The position numbers and the translations under genes were made by a program. The notes beneath the pieces are model-generated. The model did no database searches, was not told the origin of the DNA, and worked only from the letters and a program-made list of their open reading frames with translations. A stretch of DNA of 64,000 bases from the human T2T-CHM13v2.0 reference genome, Homo sapiens, in contig CP068257.2 in the NCBI GenBank assembly GCA_009914755.4, positions 480,001-544,000 on the forward strand, in the 5' to 3' direction. Positions 30,401 to 43,981 of this stretch are shown one piece after another. Each line of letters starts with the position of its first letter. Within the stretch, counting starts at the first letter, position 1.

Positions 30401-33400
30401 GTCTAGGCTGTGCCCACAGGGGGATTGAGACATATCTCTGCACTGAACCCGAGGTGATCCAACTCTTGCCTGGTCTCTGCCTACTGGGGACATTGTGACA
30501 TATCTCTGCACTGATCTCCCAGGTGCTGCAACTTTAGTCTAGGCTCTGGCTACACGACATTGTGACATATCACTGCACTGATCACCCAGGTGATATAACT
30601 CTTGTCTAGGCTCTGCCTACAATGGTCTTGTGACATATCTCTGGACTGATAACCCAGGTGGTATAACTATTCTCTAGGATCTGACCACAGGGTGCTTTGG
30701 GACATATCTCTTCAATGATCACCCAGGTGATATACCACTTGCCAAGGCTCTGCCTACAGGGGCATTGCAATGTATCTCTGCACGGATCACCTAGGTCTTG
30801 TAACTCCTTTCTAGGATCTGCCTACAGGGTGCTTTGTGACGTATACCAGCAAGGATTACTCAGGTGATGTACCGCTCATCAAGGCTCTGCCTACAGGCAC
30901 ATCGCGATGTATCTCTGCACTGATCACCTAGGTCATGTAAACTTTGTCTAGGCTCTGCCTACGATGGCATTGTGACATATCTCTGCACTAATCATCCAAG
31001 TGATGTAACACTTGTCTAGGATCTGCCTAAATTAACTTTGTGACATAAACCTGTACTGATCATCCAGGTGATGGGGCTTTTGTCTAGGCTCTGCCTAAGG
31101 GGGCATTGTGACATATTTCTGCATTGATCACCCAGGTGGCGAACTCTTCTCTTGGATCTGCCTATGGGTTCATTGTGACAAATCTCTACACTGATCACCC
31201 AGGTGACGTAACGGTTGTGTAACCTCTGCCGACAGGGGAATTGTGAGAGATCTCGCCACTGATCACCCAAGTGATGTAACCATTGTCTAGGCTTTGCGTA
31301 CAGGCGGCTTTGTGACATACCTTTGCACTGATCACCCAGGTGATGTAACACATCTATGTTCGGCCTAAAGGCGCTTTGTGACATATCTCTGCACTGATCA
31401 CTTAGGTGATGTAACACTTTTATAACCACTGCCTACAGGGAATTTTGACAAATCTGTACCCTGATCACCTAGGTGACGTAACTCTTGTCTACCCTCTGTC
31501 CAACGGGTCATTGTGAAATATCTCTGCACTGATCACCCAGGTGATTCAACTCTTGACTAGGATCTGCCTACAGAGGTTATTGTGAAATATCTCTGCACTG
31601 ATAAACTAGGTGGTGTAACCCTTGTCGAAGCTCTGCCTACAGGGGCGATTTCACATATCCCTGAACTGATGACCGAGGTGATGTAACACATGCCTATGCT
31701 TTGCCTACAGGGGACATTGGACATATATCTGCACTGAACTCCCAGGTGATGCAACTCTGGCCTAGGCTTTGCCTACAGGGGACATTGTGACATATCTCTT
31801 CAATGATCACCCATGTGATGCAACTCTTGCCTAGGCTTTGTCTAAAAGGGACATTGTGACATATCTCTGCACTGATCTAGCAGGTGCTGTAACTTTAGTC
31901 TAGGCTCTGGCTACACGGCATTGTGACATATCACTGCACTGATCAACCAGGTGATATAACTCTTGTATAGGCTCTGCCTACAGGGGGCTTGTGACATATC
32001 TCTGCACTGATCACCCAGGTGATATAGCTCTTCTCTAGGATCTGCCTACAGGGTGCTTTGTGACATATCCCTGCACTGATCACCCAGGTGATCTAACTCT
32101 GGTCTAAGCTCTGCCTAAAGGGGCATTGCGACAGATCTCTGCACTGATCACTCAGGTGGTGTGACTGTTGTCTAGGCTCTGCTTCAAGGGGCCTTGTCAC
32201 ATATCTCTGCACTGATCACCCCGGTGATGTAACTCTTGTCTAGGCTCTGCTTCCAGGGCATATTGTGACATATCTATGCACTGATCACCTTAGTGATGTA
32301 ACACTTGTGTAGGCTCGGGCTACAGGGGAATCTTGACATATGTCTGCACTGTTAACCGAGTTGATTTAACTCTTGTCTAGTCTGTGCCCACAGGGGGATT
32401 GAGAGATATCTCTGCACTGATCCCGAGGTGATCCAACTCTTGCCTGGTCTCTGCCTATTGGGGACATTGTGACATATCTCTGCACTGATCTCCCAGGTGC
32501 TTCAACTTTAGTCTAGGCTCTGGCTACACGACATTGTGACATATCACTGCACTGATCACCCAGTTTATATAACTCTTGTCTAGGCTCTGCCTACAATGGT
32601 CTTGTGACATATCTCTGCACTGATCACCGAGGTGATATAACTATTCTCTAGGATCTGACCACAGGGTGCTTTGTGACATATCCCTGCAATGATCACCCAG
32701 GTGATATACCACTTGCCAAGGCTCTGCCTACAGGGGCATTGCAATGTATCTCTGCACTGATCTCCTAGGTCTTGTAACTCTTTTCTAGGATCTGCCTACA
32801 GGGTGCTTTGTGACGTATCCCAGCAAGGATTACCCAGGTGATGTACCGCTCATCAAGGCTCTGCCTACAGGCACATCGCGATGTATCTCTGCACTGATCA
32901 CCTAGGTCATGTAACCTTTGTCTAGGCTCTGCCTACGATGGCATTGTGACATATCTCTGCACTAATCATCCAAGTGATGTAACACTTGTCTAGGATCTGC
33001 CTAAATTAACTTTGTGACATAACCCTGTACTGGTCATCCAGGTGATGGGGCTTTTGTCTAGGCTCTGCCTAAGGGGGCATTGTGACATATTTCTGCATTG
33101 ATCACCCAGGTGGCGAACTCTTCTCTTGGATCTGCCTATGGGGGCATTGTGACAAATCTCTGCACTGATCACCCAGGTGACGTAACTGTTGTGTAACCTC
33201 TGCCGACAGGGGAATTGTGAGACATCTCGCCACTGATCACCCAAGTGATGTAACCATTGCCTAGGCTTTGCATACAGGCGGGTTTGTGACATACCTTTGC
33301 ACTGATCACCCAGGTGATGTAAAACATCTATGTTCGGCCTAAAGGAGCTTTGTGACATATCTCTGCACTGATCACTTAGGTGATGTAACACTTTTATAAC

Positions 33401-36400
33401 CACTGCCTACAGGGAATTTTGACAAATCTGTACACCGATCACCTAGGTGACGTAACTCTTGTCTACCCTCTGTCCAACGGGTCATTGTGAAATATCTCTG
33501 CACTGATCACCCAGGTGATTCAACTCTTGACTAGGATCTGCCTACAGAGGTTATTGTGAAATATCTCTGCACTGATAAACTAGGTGGTGTAACCCTTGTC
33601 CAAGCTCTGCCTACAGGGGCGTTTTCACATATCCCTGAACTGATGACAGAGGTGATGTAACACTTGCCTAGGCTTTGCCTACAGGGTACATTGGACATAT
33701 ATCTGCACTGATCTCCCAGGTGATGCAACTCTGGCCTAGGCTTTGCCTACAGGGGACATTGTGACATATCTCTTCAATGATCACCCATGTGATGCAAGTC
33801 TTGCGTAGGCTTTGCCTAAAGGCGACATTGTGACATATCTCTGCACTGATCTCCCAGGTGCTGTAACTTTAGTCTAGGCTCTGGCTACACGGCATTGTGA
33901 CATATCACTGCACTGATCAACCAGGTGATATAGCTCTTGTATAGGCTCTGCCTACAGGGGGCTTGTGACATATCTCTGCACTGATCACCCAGGTGATATA
34001 GCTCTTCTCTAGGATCTGCCTACAGGGTGCTTTGTGACATATCCCTGCACTGATCACCCAGGTGATCTACCTCTGGTCTAAGCTCTGCCTAAAGGGGCAT
34101 TTTGACAGATCTCTGCACTGATCACTCAGGTGATGTAACTGTTTTCTAGGCTCTGCTTCAAGGGGCCTTGTCACATATCTCTGCACTGATCACCCAGGTG
34201 ATGTAACTCTTGTGTACGCTCTGCTTCCAGGGCATATTGTGACATATCTATGCACTGATCACCTTAGTGATGTAACACTTGTGTAGGCTCGGCCTACAGG
34301 GGAATCTTGACATATTTCTGCACTGCTAACAGAGGTGATTTAACTCTTGTCTAGGCTGTGCCCACAGGGGTATTGAGACATATCTCTGCACTGATCCCGA
34401 GGTGATCCAACTCTTGCCTGGTCTCTGCCTACTGGGGACATTGTGACATATCTCTGCACTGATCTCCCAGGTGCTGCAAATTTAGTCTAGGCTCTGGCTA
34501 CAGGACATTGTGACATATCACTGAACTGATCACCCAGGTGATATAACTCTTGTCTAGGCTCTGCCTACAATGGTCTTGTGACATATCTCTGCACTGATCA
34601 CCCAGGTGATTTAACTATTCTCTAGGATCTGACCACAGGGTGCTGTGTGACATATCCCTGCAATGATCACCCAGGTGATATACCACTTGCCAAAGCTCTG
34701 CCTACAGGGGCATTGCAATGTATCTCTACACTGATCACCTAGGTCTTGTAACTCTTTTCTAGGATCTGCCTACAGGGTGCTTTGTGACGTATCCCAGCAA
34801 GGATTACCCAGGTGATGTACCGCTCTTCAAGGCTCTGCCTACAGGCACATCGCGATGTATCTCTGCACTGATCACCTAGGTCATGTAACCTTTGTCTAGG
34901 CTCTGCCTACGATGGCATTGTGACATATCTCTGCACTAATCATCCAAGTGATGTAACACTTGTCTAGGATCTGCCTAAATTAACTTTGTGACATAACCCT
35001 GTACTGATCATCCAGGTGATGGGGCTTTTGTCTAGGCTCTGCCTAAGGGGGCATTGTGAAATATTTCTGCATTGATCACCCAGGTGGCGAACTCTTCTCT
35101 TGGATCTGCCTATGGGGGCATTGTGACAAATCTCTGCACTGATCACCCAGGTGACGTAACTGTTGTGTAACCTCTGCCGACAGGGGAATTGTGAGAGATC
35201 TCGCCACTGATCACACAAGTGATGTAACCGTTGTCTAGGCTTTGCGTACAGGGGGCTTTGTGACATACGTTTGCACTGATCACCCAGGTGATGTAACACA
35301 TCTAAGTTCGGCCTAAAGGAGCTTTGTGACATATCTCTGCACTGATCACTTAGGTGATGTAACACTTTTATAACCACTGCCTACAGGGAATTTTGACAAA
35401 TCTGTACACTGATCACCTAGCTGAAGTAACTCTTGTCTACCCTCTGTCCAACGGGTCATTGTGAAATATCTCTGCACTGATCACCCAGGTGATTCAACTC
35501 TTGACTAGGATCTGACTTCAGAGGTTATTGTGAAATATCTCTGCACTGATACACTGGGGAGTGTAACACTTTTCCAAGCTCTGCCTACAGGGGCGTTTTC
35601 ACATATCCCTGAACTGATGACAGGGGTGATGTAACACTTGCCTAGGCTTTGCCTACAGGGGACATTGGACATATATCTGCACTGATCTCCCAGGTGATGC
35701 AACTCTGGCCTAGGCTTTGCCTACAGGGGACATTGTGACATATCTCTTCAATGATCACCCATGTGATGCAACTCTTGCCTAGGCTTTCCCTAGAGGGGAC
35801 ATTGGACATATATCTGCACTGATCTCCCAGGTGATGCAACTCTGGCCTAGGCTTTGCCTACAGGGGACATTGTGACATATCTCTTCAATGATCACCCATG
35901 TGATGCAAGTCTTGCCTAGGCTTTCCCTAGAGGGGACATTGGACATATATCTGCACTGATCACTCAGTTGATGCAACTCTTGCCTAGGCTTTGCCTACAG
36001 GGGACATTGTGACATATCTCTCCACTGATCTCCCAAGTGCTGTAACTTTAGTCTAGGCTCTGGCTACATGGCATTGTGACACATCACTGCACTGATCAAA
36101 CAGGTGATATAACTCTTGTCTAGGCTCTGCCTACAGGGTGCTTGTGACATATCTCTGCACTGATCACCCAGGTGATATAACCCTTCTCTAGGATCTGCCT
36201 ACAGGGTGCTTTGTGACATATCCCTGCACTGATCACCTAGGTGATCTAACTTTTGTCTAAGCTCTGCCTAAAGGGGCATTGTGACAGATCTCTGCACTGA
36301 TCACTCAGGTGATGTAACAATTGTCTAGGCTCTGCTTCAAGGGGCCTTGTCACATATCTCTGCACTGATCACCCAGGTGATGTAACTCTTGTCTAGGCTC

Positions 36401-39400
36401 TGCTTCCAGGGCATATTGTGACATATCTATGCACTGATCACCTTAGTGATGTAACACTTGTGTAGGCTCGGCCTACAGGGGAATCTTGACATATGTCAGC
36501 ACTGTTAACCGAGGTGATTTAACTCTTGTCTAGGCTGAGCCCACAGGGGGATTGAGACATATCTCTGCACTGATCCCGAGGTGATCCAACTCTTACCTTG
36601 TCTCTGCCTACTGGGGACATTGTGACACATCTCCGCACTGATCTCCCAGGTGCTGTAACTTTAGTCTAGGCTCTGGCTACACGGCATTGTGACATATCAC
36701 TGCACTGATCACCCAGGTGATATAACTCTTGTCTAGACTATGCCTACAATGGCTTTGTGACATGTCTCTGCACTGATCACCCAGGTGATATAACTCTTCT
36801 CTAGGATCTGACCACTGGGTGCATTGTGACATATCCCTGCCATGATCACCCAGGTGATATACCACTTGCCAAGGCTCTGCCTATAGGGGCATTGCAATGT
36901 ATCTCTGCACTGATCACCTAGGTCTTGTAACTCTTTTCTAGGATCTGCCCACAGGGTTCTTTGGGACGTATCACAGCAAGGATTACCCAGGTGATGTACC
37001 TCTCATCAAGGCTCTGCCTACAGGCACATTGCGATGTATCTCTGCACTGATCACCTAGGTCATGTAACTTTTGTCTAGGCTCTGCCTACGATGGCTTTGT
37101 GACATATCTCTGCACTAATCATCCAAGTGATGTAACCCATGTCTAGGATCTGCCTAAATTAACTTTGTGACATAACCCTGTATTGATCATCCAGGTGATG
37201 GGGCTTTTGTCTAGGCTCTGCCTAAGGGGTCATTGTGACATATGTCGGCATTGATCACCCAGGTGGCGAACTATTCTCTTCGATCTGCCTAAGGGGGCAT
37301 TGTGACAAATCTCTGCACTGATCACCCAGGTTATGTAACGGTTGTGTAACCTCTGCCTACAGGGGAATTGTGAGAGATCTCGCCACTGATCACCCAAGTG
37401 ATGTAACCATTGTCTAGGCTTTGCGTACAGGGGTCTTTTTGACATTCCTTTGCAGTGATTACCCAGGTGATGTAACACATCTAAGTTCTGCCTAAAGGAG
37501 CTTTGTGACTTATCTCTGCACTGATCACTTAGGTGATGTAACACTTTTATAAGCACTGCCTACAGGGAATTGTGAGAAATCTCTGCACTTATCACCTAGT
37601 TGATGTAACTCTTGTCTACCCTCTGTCCAACGGGGCATTGTGAAATATATCTGCACTGATCACCCAGGTGATTCAACTCTTGACTAGGATCTCCCTACAG
37701 ATTTTATTGTGAAATATCTCTGCACTGATATACTAGGTGGTGTAACACTTGTCCAAGCTCTGCCTACAGGGGCGTTTTCACATATCCCTGAACTGATGAC
37801 AAAGGTGATGTAACACTTGCCTAGGCTTTGCCTCCATGGGACATTAGACATATATCTGCACTGATCACGAAGGTGATGCAACTCTTGCCTAGGCTTTGCC
37901 TACAGGGGACATTGTGAAATATCTCTTCAATTATCACCCATGTTATGCAACTCTTTCCTAGGCTTTGCCTACAGGGGACATTGTGACATATCTCTGCACT
38001 GATCTCCCAGGTGCTGTAACTTTAGTCTAGGCTCTGGCTACACGGCATTGTGACATATCACTGCACTGATCAACCAGGTGATATAACTCTTGTCTAGGCT
38101 CTGCCTACAGGGGGCTTGTGACATATCTCTGCACTGATCACCCAGGTGATATAACTCTTCTCTAGGATCTGCCTACAGGTTGCTTTGTGACATATCCTTG
38201 CACTGATCACCCAGGTGATCTAACTCTGGTCTAAGCTCTGCCTAAAGGGGCATTGTGACAGATCTCTGCACTGATCACTCAGGTGATGTAACAATTTTCT
38301 AGGCTCTGCTTCAAGGGGCCTTGTCACATATCTCTGCACTGATCACCCAGGTGATGTAACTCTTGTCTAGGCTCTGCTCCCAGGGCATATTGTGACATAT
38401 CTATGCACTGATCACCTTAGTGATGTAACACTTGTGTAGGCTCGGCCTACAGGGGAATCTTGACATATCTCTGCACTGTTAACCGAGATGATTTAACTCT
38501 TGTCTAGGCTCTGCCCACAGGGGGATTGAGACATATCTGTGCACTGATCCCGAGGTGATCCAACTGTTGCCTGGTCTCTGCCTCCTGGGGACATTGTGAC
38601 ATATCTCTGCCCTGATCTCCCAGGTGCTGTAACTTTAGTCTAGGCTCTGGCTACACGGCATTTTGACATATCACTGCACTGATCACCCAGGTGATATAAC
38701 TCTGGTCTATGCTGTGCCTACAATGGTCTTGTGACATATCTCGGCACTGATCACCGAGGTGATATAACTCTTCTCTAGGATCTGACCACAGGGTACTTTG
38801 TGAAATATCCCTGCAATGATCACCCAGGTGCTATACCACTTGCAAAGGATCTGCCTGCAGGGGCATTGCAATGTATCCCTTCACTGATCACCTAGGTCTT
38901 GTAACTCTTTTCTAGGGTCTGCCTACAGGGTGCTTTGTGACGTATCCCAGCAAGGATTACCCAGGTGCTGTACCTCTCATCAAGGCTCTGCCTACGCGCA
39001 CATTGCGATGTATCTCTGCACTGATCACCTAGGTCATGTAACTTTTGTCTAGGCTCTGCCTACGATGGCATTGTGACATATCTCTGCACTAATCATCCAA
39101 GTGATGTAAAACTTGTCTAGGATCTGCCTAAATTAACTTTGTGACATAACCCTGTAGGGATCATGCAGGTCATGGGGCTTTTGTCTAGGCTCTGCCTAAG
39201 GGTGCATTGTGACATATTTCTGCACTGATCACCCAGGTGGCGAACTCTTCTCTTGCATCTTCCTATGGGGGCATTGTGAGAAATCTCTGCACTGATCACC
39301 CAGGTGATGTAACTGTTGTGTAACCTCTGCCTACAGGGGAATTGTGAGAGATCTCGCTACTGATCACCCAAGTGATGTAACCATTGTCTAGGTTTTGCTT

Positions 39401-39620
39401 ACAGGGGGCTTTGTGACATACCTTTGCACAGATCACCCAGGTGATGTAACACATCTAAGTTCGGCCTAAAGGAGCTTTGTGACATATCTCTGCACTGATC
39501 ACTTAGGTGATGTAACACTTTTATAAGCACTGCCTACAGGGAATTTTGACAAATCTCTGCACTGATCACCTAGGTGATGTAACGCTTGTCTACCCTCTGT
39601 CCAACGGGGCATTGTGAAAT
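18401..39620. repeat. Beta-satellite tandem array, higher-order repeat type b (~1974 bp = 29 monomers, ~10.7 copies; some ~1904-bp copies)
   Basis: The monomer order matches type a plus one inserted monomer, '...ctacacgacattgtgacatatcagtgcactgatcacataggtgatataactcttgtctaggctctgcctacaatggtcttgtgacatat...'. Marker monomers recur at 19314, 21287, 23260, 25164, 27138, 29042, 31016, 32990, 34964, ~37150 and ~39123, spaced 1973-1974 bp with occasional 1904. Type-b diagnostic variants such as 'agctcttcctaaagg', 'gtaacacttgtgtagg' and 'gatccaactc' begin near 18.4 kb. Confidence 0.85.
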
Positions 39621-41860
39621 ATCTCTGCCCGGATCACCCAGGTGATGTAACTCTTGTCTAGGCAATGCCTACTGGAGTCAATGTGACATATCTCCGCACT
39701 GATCACCCAGGTGATGTCACTTTTGTCAAGGATATGGCTACAGGGACATTGTGACATGTCACTGCACTGATCACACAGCTGATGTAACTCTTGTCTAGGC
39801 TCTGGCTACAGGTGGCTTGTGACACATATCTGCATTGATCACCCAGGTGATGTAACCCTTTTCTAGGCTCTGCCAAAAGCGGACATTGTGACATAAATCT
39901 GCAATGATCACCCAGGTGTTGGGACTCTTGTCTATGCTCTACCTATAGGGGCATTGTGACATATCTCTGCCGTGATCACGCAGGTGATGTAACTCTTCTC
40001 TATATCTGCCTACTGGCGGCATGGTGGCATAATTCTGCACTGATCAACCAGCTGATGGATCCTTGTCTTGGATCTGCGTCTGGGGGCATAGTGACATATC
40101 TCTGCACTGATCACTCATGTGATGTAACACTTGTCTAAGCTGCGACAAAAGGGGAATTGTGACAGATGTCTCCAGTGATCACCGAGGTGATGTAACAATT
40201 TTCTGGGATTTGTCTACAGGGGGCTTTGTGCTATATCTTTGCACTGATCACCCAGGAGACGTAACTCTTGTCTAGGCCTGGCCTACAGGGACTTTGTGAC
40301 ATATTTCTGCACTGATCACCAAGGTGATGTAACACTTGTTTAGGCTCTGCCTGCAGGGGCTTTGTGTCCTATATCTGTACTGATCACCCATGTGTTGTAA
40401 CTCTTGTCTAGGCTCCACCTACAGGGGCTGTTGTGACGTATCTCTGCACTGATCACCCAGGTGATGTAACTCTTGTCTAGGCTCCACCTACAGTGGGTAT
40501 TGTGACGTAACTCTACAGAGATCACCCAGGTTATGTAACTCTTGTCCACTCTCTGCCTACAGGGTCATTGTGAACTGTCTCTGCACTGTTCACCCAGGTG
40601 ATGGGACTCTTCTCTATACTCTGCCTGGAGGGGGATTTGTGACATATCTCTGCACTGATCACTCAGGTGATGGAAGTCTTGTCTAGGCTCTGTCTATGCG
40701 CGCATTGTGTCAAATATCTGCACTGATCACCCAGGTGATGTAACTCTTGTCTAGGCTCTGTCTACAGGGATTTTTGTCACATATGACTGCACTGATCACC
40801 GAGCTGATGTAAGCCTTGTATGGGCTTTGCATATAGAAGGCTTTATGACATACCTATGCACTGATCTCTGAGGTGATGCAACTCTTGTCTAGGCACTGCC
40901 TACAGGGGACATTGGTACATATCCGTGCACTGATCACCCAGGTGATGGACTCTTGTCTTAGACCTGCCTACGTGGACATTGTGACACATCTCTGAACTGA
41001 TCAACCAAGTGATGAAACTCTTGTCTAGGCTCTGCCTACATGGGCTTTGCGACACATCTCTGCACTGTTCACCCTGGGGAGGGAACTCTTGTCTACGCTC
41101 TGCCTACAGGAGGCTTTATGACTTATACCTGCACTGATAACCTAGTTGATGTAACACTTGTCTAGGCTCTGCCTACACGGGAATTCTCACAAATCTCTGC
41201 ACTGATCACCCAGGTGATGTAACTCCTCTCTAGGTTCAGCCTACAGGAGTGTTTTGACATACCTCTGCACTGATCACCCAGGTGATGTAACCCTTGTCTA
41301 AGCTCTGCCTACAGGGGCATTGTGACAGATCTCTCCACTGCTCACCCAGGTGATGTAACAATTGTCTGGGCTTTGCCTACAGTGGGCTTTGTGATATACA
41401 TTTCCACTGATCAAACAGGTGATGTAACCCTTGTCAAGGTTCTGCTTACAGGGGCTTTGTGACATATCTCTGCACTGATCACCCCAGGGAGGAAACACTT
41501 GTCTGCACTCTGCCTCCTGGAGGCTTTATGACTTATCCCTGCACTTATCACTAGGTGATGTAACACTTGTCTAGGCTCTGTCTACACAGCAATTTTCACA
41601 TATCTCTACAATGATCACCTAAGTGATGTAACCCTTGTCTAGGTTCAGCCTACTGGGGATTTCTGACATACCTAAGCACTGATCACCTAGGTGACATAAA
41701 TCATTTCCAGGCTTTTTTTACAGGGAACATTTTGAAATATCTCTGCACTGATCACCCAAATGATGCAAATCTTCTCTAGGCTCCTCAGGGAGTGGCATTG
41801 TGACATATTTATGAACCAATCATCCAGGAGGTGTAACTATTCTGCAGGCTGTGTCTAAAG
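39621..41860. repeat. Diverged beta-satellite spacer (partial spacer 0 of the composite repeat)
   Basis: The 68-bp periodicity persists, but monomers are ~10-25% diverged from the homogeneous array. The segment is colinear with the 3' ~2.2 kb of spacer 3 (~60330-62702) and ends in the same junction 'gactaaagagcgtcggaaggtgttgggagagcctcagc'. Confidence 0.8.
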
Positions 41861-42563
41861 AGCGTCGGAAGGTGTTGGGAGAGCCTCAGCCGGAATTTCA
41901 CGGATGGAGAAGGGCACAGAGAGGCCATCGATCTCCCTTGCACGTCAGCTGCGGTGTGCAATGTGTGCAGATCTAGCCAGGAGGCCGGCAAAGAGAGCTA
42001 GAGGTCTGCGTTCCCCCACCAGGCGCTCCATGGTGGCAGCTGGGAGGCTGCAGGTGGACAGGCGGGCCGGTGACTCTGGCGCAGAGGCGCAGAGGAGGCG
42101 AACCGCTGGAAGTTTGTCTGGCCTGGACACCACGCGGGGTCGGTGTTTCATGGGAAGGGAGTCTCCACCCAGACCCGGAGAGGACGCATTTTCTGGGGGT
42201 GGGGTGTGGGTGTGGGGTGGGGGTGTTCAGGCTGGGGTGAGGTAGTGGAAAGTCATGATAGCTCTGCCCGGGCTCCTCCCACAGCCCAGGCAGCTGCCCG
42301 CAAACCCGCGCGTATGCAGTAGTCGGCCCACCTGCTGGTACCTGGGTCGGCTATGGGATCCCCAGGATGCCCAGGAAAGAATGGCAATTCTCCGCTGTGT
42401 GGAGTCTCTCACCGGGCCTAGATCTGGAAGGCAGGAATCCCATGCCGGTCAGCCCGGTGGAGGAGGTGTGGGGAAGACATGCCCCTCCACAGCCAGCCAG
42501 GTTTTCCCCGCGAAATAGAGGCCACCGCCCTGCCCCGACCCGACACCGTCCAAACCTCACGTC

Positions 42564-43981
<1,418 letters not shown>

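Noticed and set aside
1-39620. Regularly spaced short direct repeats that could superficially resemble a CRISPR array
   Set aside because: The units are contiguous 68-bp monomers with no unique spacers. The window contains an Alu and DUX4 homology, so it is eukaryotic satellite DNA.
256-41500. Dozens of 60-150 aa ORFs on the minus strand of the beta-satellite (for example 19314-19715, 23260-23712, 27138-27590), rich in Cys, His and Gln
   Set aside because: They are periodic copies of the same translation. The frame necessarily shifts at every 68-bp monomer because 68 is not divisible by 3. There is no start context and no homology signal. They are artefacts of a stop-poor strand of a tandem repeat, not genes.
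42338-42343. KpnI sites (ggtacc) in units 1, 3 and 4 (~42338, ~55310, ~63180) as possible D4Z4 KpnI-unit boundaries
   Set aside because: The site is missing in unit 2 and does not coincide with the satellite junctions. Repeat boundaries are better defined here by the conserved junction sequences.
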